This document shows positions 39,909 to 52,209 of a DNA stretch of 64,000 nucleotides, one piece after another (within the stretch, counting starts at the first letter, position 1; every line of letters starts with the position of its first letter). This DNA is from Somniosus microcephalus. Lineage: Eukaryota. The position numbers were made by a program, and so were the translations under genes. The notes below the pieces were generated by a model, which worked only from the letters and a program-made list of their open reading frames with translations, was not told the DNA's origin and did not search any database. Where the stretch lies: assembly GCA_052327205.1 (NCBI GenBank), contig CM126202.1, forward strand, positions 192,076,001-192,140,000, given 5' to 3'.

Positions 39909-40583
39909 GGGGGAGAAATTGGGTGCCTTTGCGTCTCTCGTTAGTACCACCGGGGGGCGGGGGAGGGGGTTAACGGGGCGCAAAATGCTTTGTGACCAGG
40001 CGCGGCGCTGACATCAACTCCCGTCATAATCGGCGGGAGTTTTGCGGCAGTGCTACAGCGTTGCGCCCCGATCTCTTTTGCCTGGAGATCGTGATGTCAT
40101 CGCCATGCGCATCGCCCCGGTAGCATCCCGGATCCGAAATTGACTTTTGGGCCCTGCAGCAGCGCCAGTCGAAAACACTGACAGCTGCAGGAGGCATGCA
40201 CTGGGCGGCCGGTCACTTTGGGGGTGATGATTAAAGGCGAGATGGCCGAGGTAATTAAAAAAAAAACTGCCTTGATGGTCCAGCTAGGTAATTTTTCTAT
40301 TGCAGAGCCTGCAGCGATGGCCCTTCCCTTTAAAGGAAGGGAAGGAGCCTTTGAACGCGGCAGCGCTGAACGGCCCAGTGTGCAGTGCTGCTGAAGTCTC
40401 CGCCCCAATATTTGGGGTTAGTGCTCCAAGAAGGAAGTGGAGTGTTTGATTTCACGCTCCACCTCCCTCTTGGGGCGCTAAAACTGAATTTCACGGTTGC
40501 CAGTGCTAATTAGCGCCGGGTGCTAAACTTTGCACCCAGGCAATATTAACACCCCAAAATGGTCGATAACTAATTTTTCCCCC
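39909..40583. mobile_element. PIF/Harbinger-like MITE (675 bp)
   Basis: TIRs GGGGGAGAAATT...AATTTTTCCCCC with exact TAA target-site duplication; GC/CpG-rich body. Confidence 0.88.
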
Positions 40584-40639
40584 TAAGTTTCTTAATGATT
40601 GTTTTCTGGAAGTATTCATTGGGGAGGGAAATATTGGAT

Positions 40640-41096
40640 TACTACACAATTACAGTCCACATCGTGTTAATGCGTTTGCCCGCTGTATGAGCTGGAAGTA
40701 AAGCGAGTAGCAATCGTAGATTTTGGAGATCGTGGTTTTGCGTTAGATCATACTGGCTCATCTTCAGCAGTTCATCCGTCTTATTTAGGAGGTCAGTTTT
40801 CACGCTGAGGCTCATCGCTTTCCTCTTTCCAGCCATGTTTGCTGCTGCAGTCAATGCTGATTAGTGCAAGATTTAACCCAATAACAGTGATAGGGGATTA
40901 AGTAGTCATGGTAATCACACTTTTACAAGGTGCGAACTGCTGAGTCTGCCTGGAATAGCCGGAGCACTTAATACGGTATCAGCGGTGTCTTTGTGAGTGA
41001 CATCTATAGGAATGGCAAATGGCTAGTGTTAATTGTCCGGTATAGATGGTTGTCCGCAGTATCTGGGGTGGTGGGAGGAGGGTTAAAAGTATTGTA
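40640..41096 (-). mobile_element. Decayed Tigger/pogo-like DNA transposon 5' part
   Basis: ATG at 40836: MAGKRKAMSLSVKTDLLNKTDE..KMSQ.DL then frameshift to KSTIAT, the CENP-B/psq N-terminal HTH pattern; boundaries approximate. Confidence 0.6.
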
Positions 41097-41099
41097 GTG

Positions 41100-41700
41100 C
41101 AACAAATACCCTAGAGGATTTGGAAATCAATGTGGAGACAATAGTTCATAATTAAGTGAACTGAAGACTAAGAAATTCCCTGGGCCGGATGGCATATATC
41201 CTATGTTGCTGAAGGTGACTAGGAAAGAAATTTGTGGACTGTTGGCCAATAAAGCATTTGAATTGGAATTGAATTGGAATTGGTGGGGGGCGGGCGCAGA
41301 CAGCACTTTTCATAGTCCTGAAAGATTCATTGAGTACTGGAAAGGTTTCACAGGATTGGAATTAAAGAAAATGTGTAGCTATCTTTTTAAAAAATGGAAG
41401 ACAAATCTGACCCAAGTAACTACAGAGTCCTTAAATCACTATCAGGTGAAATAATGGAAAGAATACTAAGAAGTAGGCTGGAGAAGTAGCTATATAGCAA
41501 TACTTAATAAAAACAGCTAGAGCAGTTTATAACAGAAGGTCCAGTTAACAAACCTCCTTAACTTCTTTGAAGATGTTACAAATAAAGTAGGTAGTGGAAC
41601 TCCCTGTGTTGTGATTTATTTGTGCCAGAAAGCTTTTGACAAGGTCCCATGTAAGAGACTACTAATAAAACTAAAACCCTTTGGAATCGTGAACATGGAA
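41100..41700 (+). mobile_element. Old CR1 RT fragment
   Basis: Degenerate PGPDGIYP..LK and QKAFDKVP..RLLIKLK motifs. Confidence 0.7.
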
Positions 41701-44285
41701 TGGATCTGCTGCTAGGCCATGGTTCTGTAGTCAGTCAATAAGAGGTGAGCGAGAGAGAGACTCAGGCTGACTTGCCTTCTGTTTATTTTTCTTCCCTCTC
41801 TGCAGGAAAACACTATATCCTCTGCTTGGCATGCCTGAGGTTCAGAACTCACTATTTGGAACGCTGGTCAGTGTGATTTTTGCAGAGTAAATAAATAACC
41901 TAACATTTGTGACGCTCATGAGACCAGAGACCAAATAAAATCAATTATAAGTCTGGAGTGAAAATCTTTCCCTGTTTTAGACAGGGGAAGTGTGCTTTAA
42001 AGAGTTGTTAGAAGTTCTAATTCCTGGAAGTAACTGATGCCTGGTACATATTTCTTTTCGGATCATAACAGTATTTGCCACTGCCTTTTTCACGAAGCCC
42101 CTTATATACCTTATGCCAACCTGTGGTACGCATGAAAAAGACACATTCCAGTGGAATTAGGCATTGACGCCCAGAACACCATGTGTAGGCCCTCCATTCA
42201 TTACCCCAGTTGCCAACGTGGGGAGTTCCCAGCCACAGCTGTGCTATCAAGTAGAGACAGTTAGCAGGTGCCAAGCACCCCCACCACAAAGAATTAGGGA
42301 ATATCAAAGTACAAGGCACCCTGCCAGACTGGACACTGGCAGTGGCTGTGGACAGATTGTGTGCTCAAGCCCTTAGCCAGGTAATGGTGCACAGCTTGTG
42401 GGGGAGGGGGGAGCAGTTAAATATAAGGTGAAAAATATATTTACAAAAGGGCGGCTGACCCAACCCCAGAAAATAAAAGCCAGCTGATCTACAATTCCAC
42501 ACATGTGTACCTATAAACCAGAGCGGTTTGATTTTCATTCCACTTATTTACTAGCCACTACTGAATTAAAGATGTGGGCTTTGTCCTTTTTTTATTGCAA
42601 ACTGCACTGCATGACTTCAACATTGGCATGAACTTTTCATATTTGCTTTTACACCTTTGGACCTCTTTGTTTAACTCATTTTCCCTACCAAAGTCATTTC
42701 AGTATAGTTTATGAAATAATCAATAAATCCTTTGCAGGTAGGCTCCACCTCTAATAACATTGATGAAGCTGTACTGGGAAGGGGAGGTGGGGGTGGGGGA
42801 TTTGTTTCATCCCCTTTTTCCTAATAAAAAAGAAAATACAGAACAGATGTGCAATAAATTCTTATGCACTTTCCAAAAAGGTTATCATATGAAACCAATA
42901 AAGACATACACCCAAGAACGTTAAAGACATATCTTTATTTGCATTGACATTTAAAGGAAAAGGTGATATGAAATTATGACTTATACATATGACATCCATT
43001 TCAGTGTTTAATATTTAGAGTTTGCTTTCCAAAATACTTTTCGTAGATACATTTTCATTTGAAGAATGCATTTGTTTTTTATGATCACATAAATAAGGAA
43101 AAAAATCAGACAGAATGCCTAAATTATTCTAATTGTATTGAAGAATTATTACACTGACAGGCCTTAACAAATTTAAATCTTACAGGTTTTAAGAATTAAA
43201 ATATTATTTGTGGTAAATCTCACTGTTTTAGGGCAGAGCAGGAAGGTGCAATCCACTGTTGCTCCAATGCAATGTTCTGTAGAGCAGTAGAATCATTTTT
43301 TTGTCTGTAATTCCTCATACAGGGAATTCATGATCTCAGGCTTGCTGTCAGGGGGAGACACTGAACATTTAGCAAGTTGCTTCCCCACAAGGAGGGGTCT
43401 AAAAATTATCAGAGGGTGAAGCACCCTAGGGCTATTCTTGCTTTCTCCCTGGTGGCCAGCTCAGCAGCAGCACTATCGGGGGCCTAGGGATTAATCACTC
43501 TCCTGCCCTTTCATTTAAAGAATGGTGCAAAGTGGTGGGGGAACCTAAGCAAAGGAAGAAAATAACACAGGCAAAAAAGCATTAAAAAGTAAGAACGAAA
43601 AAGGTTGCTATTCTCTCAAACCGAGCATGATTGTTAATTATTAAAGGTGACGTTTCATGCAAGACTTAACTGTAGTGAACAATTTAAACTATCGATTATA
43701 TTAATACATCTTGCAACAAATTGAGCTTTCTTACGAAGATGAAAATGAAAGGAAAATATATCTTTGATATTTTAAAAATGTGTCCACTTCCTGTCAACTT
43801 TTTCAATCATAAATTTATATGTCTATATTATAATAAAAATTGTGTATGTATACTTGTCATGCATTAATTATGCTGTCAGTGGAGGCATTCAGTGCCATCA
43901 CTAGTGGAAGGATAAAAGTTGTGATGGGAAATGGCAGATAGACATCATATACCCGTTGCTCGTCTTTCTTCACTACTCAAGTTGTATTTTTATCTTGTTT
44001 TTCATCATTTCCAGATGCACGCGTTCTGGCGGCGGATTGATGTACTATGATGTCATATGGTATGGGCCTATGTGTTCTTGGAGGTCTGGAGCTTCAAGTA
44101 TGAGGTCACAGAGCAGTTGCAAGCAAGGGAAAATCAAGGTGGCATCATTTTGTATATGGTTGGTAGATTATACATACTTTTGATGTTTTAAAAAATTAAA
44201 ATTGACAAAATGTACTCTAAACCCATTTCTACAGCAAGAAAATTGACCCGAAATGTTCAGGAGCATAGGCTGCAGATGGTTGAAG

Positions 44286-44360
44286 CTTCAGAAGTACTCC
44301 ATTAGCTGTAAAATGCTTTGGGACATCCTGAAGTCATGAAAGGTGCTAGTCTTTCTTTCT
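44286..44360 (+). mobile_element. DeuSINE 3' tail fragment
   Basis: CTTCAGAAGTACTCCATTAGCTGTAAAATGCTTTGGGACATCCTGAAGTCATGAAAGGTGCTA..TCTTTCTTTC matches the tails at ~31.0 and ~54.6 kb. Confidence 0.75.
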
Positions 44361-44417
44361 AGTGGGCCTTGCTGAATAGGAACAGAAATATAACTAGTCA
44401 GCATCAAAAAGCGTATT

Positions 44418-45410
44418 ATAGAAACATAGAAACATAGAAGATAGGAGCAGGAGTAGGCAATTTGGCCCCTCGAGCCTGCTCCACCATTTAATGAGATCAT
44501 GGCTGATCATCCAAATTCAGTACCCTGTCCCTGCTTTCTCCCCATATCCCTTGATCCCTTTAGCCTTAAGAAATATATCTAACTCCTTCTTGAATATATT
44601 TAATGAATTAGCCTCAACTGCCTTTTGTGGTAGAGAATTCCACAGGTTCACCACTCTCTGGGTGAAGAAATTCCTCCTCATCTCTGTCCTAATTGGCTTA
44701 CCCCTTATCTTTAGACTATGACCCCTGGTTCTGGACTCCCCCGCCATCGGGAACATCCTTCCTGCATCTAGTCTGTCTAGTTCTGTTAGAATTTTATAAG
44801 TTTCAATGAGATCCCCTCTCATTCTTCTAAACTCCAGCGAATATAAGCTCAATCGACCCAATCTCTCCTCATACGTCATTCCTGCCATCCCAGGTATCAG
44901 TCTGGTGAATCTTCACTGCACTCCCTCCATGGCAAAAACATCCTTCCTCAGATAATGCGACCAAAACTGCACACAATACTCAAGGTGTGGTCTCACGAAG
45001 GCCCTGTACAACTGCAGGAAGACATCCTTGCTCCTGTACTCGAATCCTCTCGCTATGAAGGCCAACATACCATTTGCCTTCTTAACCGCCTGCTGCACCT
45101 GCATGCTTACCTTCAGCGACTGGTGCACAAGGACACCCAGGTCTCATTGCACTTCCCCTTCTCCCAACCTATTGCCATTCAGATAATAATCTGTCTCCTG
45201 TTTTTGCCACCAAAGTGGATAACCTCGCATTTATCCACATTATACTGCATCTGCCACGCATCTGCCCAATCACCCAACCTGTCCAAATCATACTGGAGTT
45301 TCTCAGCATCCTCCTCACAGCACACACGCCCACCCAGCTTTGTGTCGTCTGCAAACTTAGCGATATTACATCTAGTTCCCTCGTCTATATCATTAATATA
45401 TATTGTGAAT
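44418..45410 (-). mobile_element. CR1 LINE, 5'-truncated
   Basis: RT C-terminal ORF pieces (RPHLEYCVQFWS; RGDLIETYK), (TTTCTATG)n tail. Confidence 0.95.
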
Positions 45411-45941
45411 TAGCCTTATATTCAAATCAATAAAATATGATAGCATAATGGGTGCATTGTTGTTCATGTGACACTTGAGAACTGTCATTTTTAATACTAT
45501 AGTAATGGAGAAAAAAAGTTGTCAGCAGTTTAGTAGGGCCATACATAAACCATTACCGTGCGACAAAGAGTAATTAGGCATATTTGATCAACTGCCCAAC
45601 AATATTATGCACCTTGTATTAAATCTTGGCCATCTGCTGGGTATGCGGTGAAGGTCCACGATGGATGCATCTCAGTCCTCACACCAAGGTGCCCCACTCC
45701 CACATCATAGATTTTTGGGGTAAATGTGTTTCTGAACTGCGCTTCATCTAAGCAGTTCCAAGCTGGTGAAACTCAACCAATGGAGCTCAGCGAATGTAAG
45801 TGATATACAGCTCTGTGATTCAAATAGGCAACATACACTTGGTGCTGAACTTCCAACAGCTTGAGCTACTGGACCATTGTGCTCACTGCTTACGCTTTTA
45901 AACAAAGGTTTAGTGATAATAGTAGTAGTGTTAAAATATTT

Positions 45942-46127
45942 GGGGTAAATTTTCCTCATCACTGCATATACAGTAATGTGGCAGAGCAAATCACCCATCT
46001 GTTATAGTGCCTATCTGATTTTCATTCCATTGATTTCAATGGAATGAAAATAAGGTGGGTTCTGCAATGGGCAGGCAATCCGCTCTGCTAGATTACTGCC
46101 CATGTGGGGAAGATAGAGTTTATCCCT
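45942..46127. mobile_element. Small foldback MITE
   Basis: GGGGTAAATTTT start, degenerate inverted arms, perfect 16-bp central stem at 46018-46051. Confidence 0.7.
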
Positions 46128-49055
46128 TAATATTGTTTCAAAAGCTTCCCTATCACTTTCATGAGCCCTTTCTCTGCTTAACTCAATCCTCTTGTTTGCA
46201 GATTCCCTGGATGAAGGGAACAGTACATAGTTTAACTTCCCTGCTCAAATAAAGAACAAAGCCAACAGGACCTGACAATTACAGATGGCATTCACCACAT
46301 GGAACAAGCACACCAGAAAATCCCACCATTTTATCACAGCCCATTATTCATTCATTTTCTGACAGGGTTTGTGATTACAGATCACTTGATTGACTAACTA
46401 GACATCTGCAAAGTGAATTACAGAACAGGTTTGTTTCATCTCACAATAATCAGACAATGTTGTAATTCTTCACAATAGTTGTATGCTGAAGTGCTATTTA
46501 TAGCAAACAAATTATAATTAAGGCCCTGGTTTTCTCAAAATACACAAAATTAAGCATACAATTCACTCTAATTTCAAATAATTATTTCTTTGCGAAGGAA
46601 GAAAGCTCAGGTACAGAATGTCTGTATTTGGTCATTTCTAGTATTTACTCATTTTTGTTTTAGATTGTCTCAGTGTGAACCTCTTGCACTAGTTGTTGTT
46701 AAGCCATGCATGATGGGTAATGGCTGACTAACACACAGTCTGGGTTTTCATTTTAAAAAACGACATAGTTGTAATCACATCAATTGTGGCACACCTGACT
46801 TATTAAAGTTTGCATAATTATTTAATTGTCTAGCTTAAAATTATCATTTTTTTTATCTCTGTCTATTTAGATGCAATGTGCTGTCCACTCATAAACACTA
46901 CAAGATGCAGGAATTTGTTATTTATAAAACACAATGTGCAGCAATCTTTATCCAAGATTATCTACATTTTAGTTTCATTACGCATTGAGAAGTCAATACA
47001 AAAGAAGAATTTCATTTTATCCCTGTAACTCTTTAGAATTTCAGGAATCTCCATTGTTTTTGACTGTGCCACAGTTCCTTGTCTGCAAAGGTCCAAAGAT
47101 CAGTTGCTTCAGCCTCACTGTATTGCAGGCACTACAAAGGCAACAGGTAAAAGCTTTCTACAAATAAAGGTCAACTCCAATCTCTGCATTGCTGAAGCTC
47201 TATTAAAATTCTCTTCTTGAAGCCGGCCTCTTTATTCTGGAGGTTCCAAAATGTGATTACAGATGGCATTTTGTATTTATAAACACATACAATGCTGTTT
47301 ACCGATTACGTCTGTGGTGTCCCAGTTATTTGAATGTCTGTGTACAGCTCTAATTAACTAAGAGCAATCCAGTTCGGAAGAGACAATGCTAAATATTCAA
47401 AGAACGTGTTGGTTTTTCGTATCCATTAACAATATGAAATGAAGGTTTATATGAGAAAGGTTGCCACTGTCAATAATTAAAAGTAATTGCATCATAAATT
47501 TGTGGTTGCCAGCTTTTTCTAAATCATCAGAGGGTGGCTGAGATCTAAAACATTAAAGATGCACAAAGCAGAAATTTCCATTTTTTTTACTTATTGAGAT
47601 CTTGGTGGTGATCCAAAGCTTATAAAAGATGAAAGAGGCAACATATTTCAGATAGTTGATAAAGTTAAAATCTAACATTTATATGTCAAAGGTTATGTAT
47701 GTGCTGGTCCAGGGTTTAATTGCAAGATGAGTTAGGGTTCAGATGTTTCTGTGACAACACAGGGTCAGGTGATCTTTCCAAGCTGTTCCTGAAGAATAAA
47801 TGGGTTGTTTGTACACAGGGTGGTTAACTATCTTTTCTGTTGATTTCAAGTTCAAAACAAATTGGGTGCCAGAGTCACAGGTCAAAGGTGAGAGGTGTGG
47901 GTATGTCCTGGGTCTTCCTTTTTGCACACTTACAGGTTGCACTCCAGATTTGGATCTTGCATGCAGTAAACCACCACCAGCCCTTGTGTGAAGTGAACTA
48001 CTGGGAAAGATGGGCAAAGATCCATTTGAAGTACTTTTGGGACAGTATATTTCTTTACTATATCTCTAGAAGACAAAAATAAAACAAATGTGACAATATA
48101 TCAATTTACTATTATGTTTTAAATGCAAACATGTTTCGACCTAAACAAAAACACTTGTTTGCATTGCAGTTAACAGAAAACTGGTCATGAATTTCCAGTA
48201 TGTGTTGCTGGCAGGCAAGACTTCCCGCTGGCAGCACACACTTGTAAAACTACCCCTACAGAGTAATGGACACCATGTAGTGAGCTGCAATGATATAATC
48301 AAGACCACTGGTTTACAGTGACTGAATAAGTTTTTATCATGTGGGATTGTGGGATTTTTTAAATTAATGGTTTGGGGATTACATACTGTGAATCTGTTCA
48401 TTTATAATTAGGGCCATTGGTTTATGGTGACTGAATAAGTTAATTTTCACTTTATTACAAGGTTTTCATGATTTTTTTCCCACTGGCCATCATATCCCAT
48501 GGTTCCAGCCATAGTTGTGATCTTAGCTATGATCTAATTGAGCCAATTTAGCTGATATGATAAATCACTACAGCAGCATCAGACATTAAATTACGTATAG
48601 GCTTTAATTCACTCCTCATAGATTTTCCACCCATTGACCGTAAATGTGTTTATTTTGTAGTGCAAGTTAAAGCTAGAATATTTTACAGTTTTTCAGAATT
48701 CCAGTGTCTCAGTGTTGTACAGAAGTAGGCTTTAGTGCTTTGTGTAATGTGGTGAATGAGTTGACAGAATTTTATAGTTTTAATTTTAGCAAAGATAGAG
48801 GGTAAAGTTTCAAATAATTGTTTTGAGTTTTCATACAATATTGCTGTTTCCACGTCTATGGAACAGGTGTATTTTGTGTTATTTTTAGCAACTGACAGTT
48901 GAAAGTAGATGCTGATACCTTTCACAAAAGGGTATCATAGTCCTTTATGATGTAATGAGCACAGTAATTCAGGGGCTGCCCATTTTCAGCTCTTAAAATA
49001 TTGTGTGACAGGACAAGAAAGAAAGTCACTTGCACTGAACTGCCTGGTACCTGTT

Positions 49056-50616
49056 TAAGAACATAAGGACATAAGAAATAGGAGCAGGAGTCGGCCATTT
49101 GGCCCTTCGAGTCTGTTCCACCATTCAATGAGATCATGGCTGATCTTCTGCCTCAACTCCATTCAACGGCCCTATCGCCATATCCTTTGATACCCTTACT
49201 AGTCAGAAATCTATCAACTTCTGTTTTGAATATACCCAATGACTGAGCCTCCACTGCCCTCTGGGGTAGAGAACTCCAAAGATTCACCACCCTGTGTGTG
49301 AAGAAATTTCTGCTCATCTCAGTCCTGAATGGCCTACTCTTTATCCTGAGGCTATGGCCCCTGGTTCAGGACACCCCAGCCAAGGGAAACATTCTCCCAG
49401 CATCCATCCTATCAAGCCCTGTAATAATTTTATATGCTTCAATGAGATCCCCTCTCATTCTTCTGAATTCAAGAGAATACAGGCTTAGTTTACTCAATTT
49501 CTTCTCATACGACAGTCCCGCCATCGCAGGAATCAATCTCGTGAACCTTCGTTGCACTCCCTCTATGGCAAGTATATCCTTCCTTAGGTAAGGAGACCAA
49601 AATTGTACACAGTACTCCAGGTGTGGTCTCACCAAGGCCCTATATAATTGGAGTAAGACTTCTTTACTCCTGTACTCAAATCCTCTTGTAATGAAGGCCA
49701 GCATACCATTTGCCTTCCTAATGGCTTGCTGCAGCTGCACATTCACTTTCAGTGACTCATGTACAAGGACACCCAGGTCCCTTTGAGCATCTGCACTCCC
49801 CAATCTTTCACCATTTAGGAAATACTCTGCCTTTCTGTTTTTTCTACCAAAGTGGATAACTTCACATTTATCCACATTATATTCCATCTGCCATGTTCTC
49901 GCCCACTCACTGAGCCTGTCGAGATCCCCTTGAAGCCTCTTCACATCCTCTTCACAATTGACACTGCCACCTAGCTTTGTATCATCAGCAAATTTGGAAA
50001 TGTTACATTTAATCCCCTCATCCAAATCATTGATATAGATTGTGAATAGCTCGGGTCCAAGCACCGATCCTTGCGGTACCCCACTAATCACAGCCTGCCA
50101 TCCTGAAAAAGAACCATTTATCCCTACGCTTTGTTTTCTGTCTGTTAACTAATTCTCAATCCATGTTAGTATATTTCCCCCAATTCCATGTGCCCTAACA
50201 TTGTTCACCAACCTCTTGTGTGGGACCTTATTGAAGGTCTTCTGAAAATCCAAATACACCACATCTACCGGTTCCCCTTTGTCTACTCCACTAGTTACAT
50301 CCTCAGAGGAATCCAATAGGTTTATCAAACAGGATTTGCCTTTTATAAATCCATGTTGACTCTGCCCAATCTTATTAGTTTCTAAGTGCCCAGTTATTGC
50401 ATCCTTTATAATAGATTCCAGCATTTTCCCAACTACTGATGTGAGGCTAACAGGTCTTTAGTTCCCCGTTTTCTCTCTCCCTCCTTTCTTAAATAGTGGG
50501 GTTACATTTGCTATCTTCCAATCTGCAGGAACCATTCCAGAATCTATAGAATTTTGGAAGATGACAACCAATGCATCCACTATCCCAATGGCCACCTCTT
50601 TCAAAACCCTAGGATG
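49056..50616 (-). mobile_element. CR1 LINE, 5'-truncated, RT region
   Basis: QHGFIKGKSCLINL, LDFQKTFNKVPH, SGVPQGSVLGP, SKFADDTKLG motifs; tail TAAGAACATAAG. Confidence 0.96.
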
Positions 50617-52075
50617 TTCCCTCGTCACAGATTGGAAGCCATAGGCCTAGGGCAGAACCAGCTAAGATAGATGCACTTCAAAGCAAGTGTAGATATAAAC
50701 TGAACCAAAGTTGCAGGAAACAACTGAAACAATATTTGATGTGACAGTTAATAAGAATTGTAACTGCTGAATTATAAAGTTCCACATGTCTGCAAAGTTG
50801 CACTCCACATCCAGGGTAAATCTTTTTCTGTGACACTGGTACATTCATCAGAGATTTATACGAGACTTTGGTTTAAAAAATTTAAAAAAAATACTTGCTT
50901 CTTGCTATTCAAAATCCTACATTATATTTGATACAACTCAAGAGGATCTGCTTGATATGTAAAATATTAAAAGTATGTAAAATTTCAAAATTACTGTACT
51001 AAAATTGTTTTATTTGATTGTAATACAGAGAAAATGCACAGACGTTTATCAAAAAACATTGAGGTTTATTACTATAATGTGTGGTTTCATGGACTGGCAG
51101 ATGTGAGTCTGTGCTCATATGTTCCATCAGATGAGTTCCCGATCTCAACCTTGCTGTTGGGGATAAGCAATGAGAAGTGATGATGTGGTTCCCACATAGA
51201 AGAAGAAAAATTACCCCAGCTGTTTTTGTGTATCTCATGGCATTGGGAGAGGAATGGGAGCCACTTGCCTGTAACCCTCTTTTGTTCACAACAAGGTGGC
51301 CTGAGTAAAACCAAAAGTAATGGAAGGAAACAGAAATAAAGTTTAAAAGATGGACAAGGCTCAAACTTTGTTAGTTCAAGGATTTTACGGAATTTCGAGA
51401 TATTTTCAGATCCCTACATGTGTGCAGTTGCGACTTTATAGGTTTGGAAGAAAAATATTCAGCTATTGCTGGATCACTCAATAAATTCCAGGCTCTTCAT
51501 ATTTAAATTTGATCCTGTGAAGGTGATCCTACCTGCAGTAATCAAGAGAATCTCCAAGGGTGGGTCTCAAATAAGGAGACAGGCTAATGGGAGCATTGAT
51601 AGGCTGGGTTGTCCTGCCCTCCTGACCATGGAAGATTGTGGATGTGCTCACTGAAACATGGGGAAAAAATAACAAATGAGGTGAAATTGGTCTACGCCAG
51701 TAGTGCGAAACAGGCTCAAAGCGAATTGGCTGCCAGTTTTACACCGCGCCCGATTTTCTTTGCCATTGTTGTAGACCAATTTCATGCCCAAAGTTCTGAT
51801 GTTGTAAAGAAAATCAAGAATTGCATGTGGCAGGTGGGCACTGGAGATGCACACACAGTGACGCGGGCAGCCACAGGCCCCATTAAATTAGATGACTCCC
51901 CTGACCAGGGTCAATGTTGGAGGGCAGTGGTGGACACGCTCCTGGCATAACTGTCGGTGTTCAGCCAGCGGATTTTTGGGGCCCAAATTTCCTTTGAGGT
52001 GGTGCTCAAGTTTTGGGCACTTTTAAAAACTCTGTAAATGCAGGGTATAAAGCAATTGCTCAGAACACAATTTAC

Positions 52076-52209
52076 AGGATGAATTTCATCGGGGCTTCTC
52101 CCGCTGTGCTGCCATAACTTTGGCAGAAACCCTATTTACGTGTGAACACATGGCCTCCCACCACAGTTACGGCTGCAGAGCAGGAGAAGCCCCGAGGAAA
52201 TTCGCTGCC
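52076..52209. mobile_element. Small palindromic MITE
   Basis: GAATTTCATCGGGGCTTCTCC...GGAGAAGCCCCGAGGAAATTC inverted ends. Confidence 0.75.
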
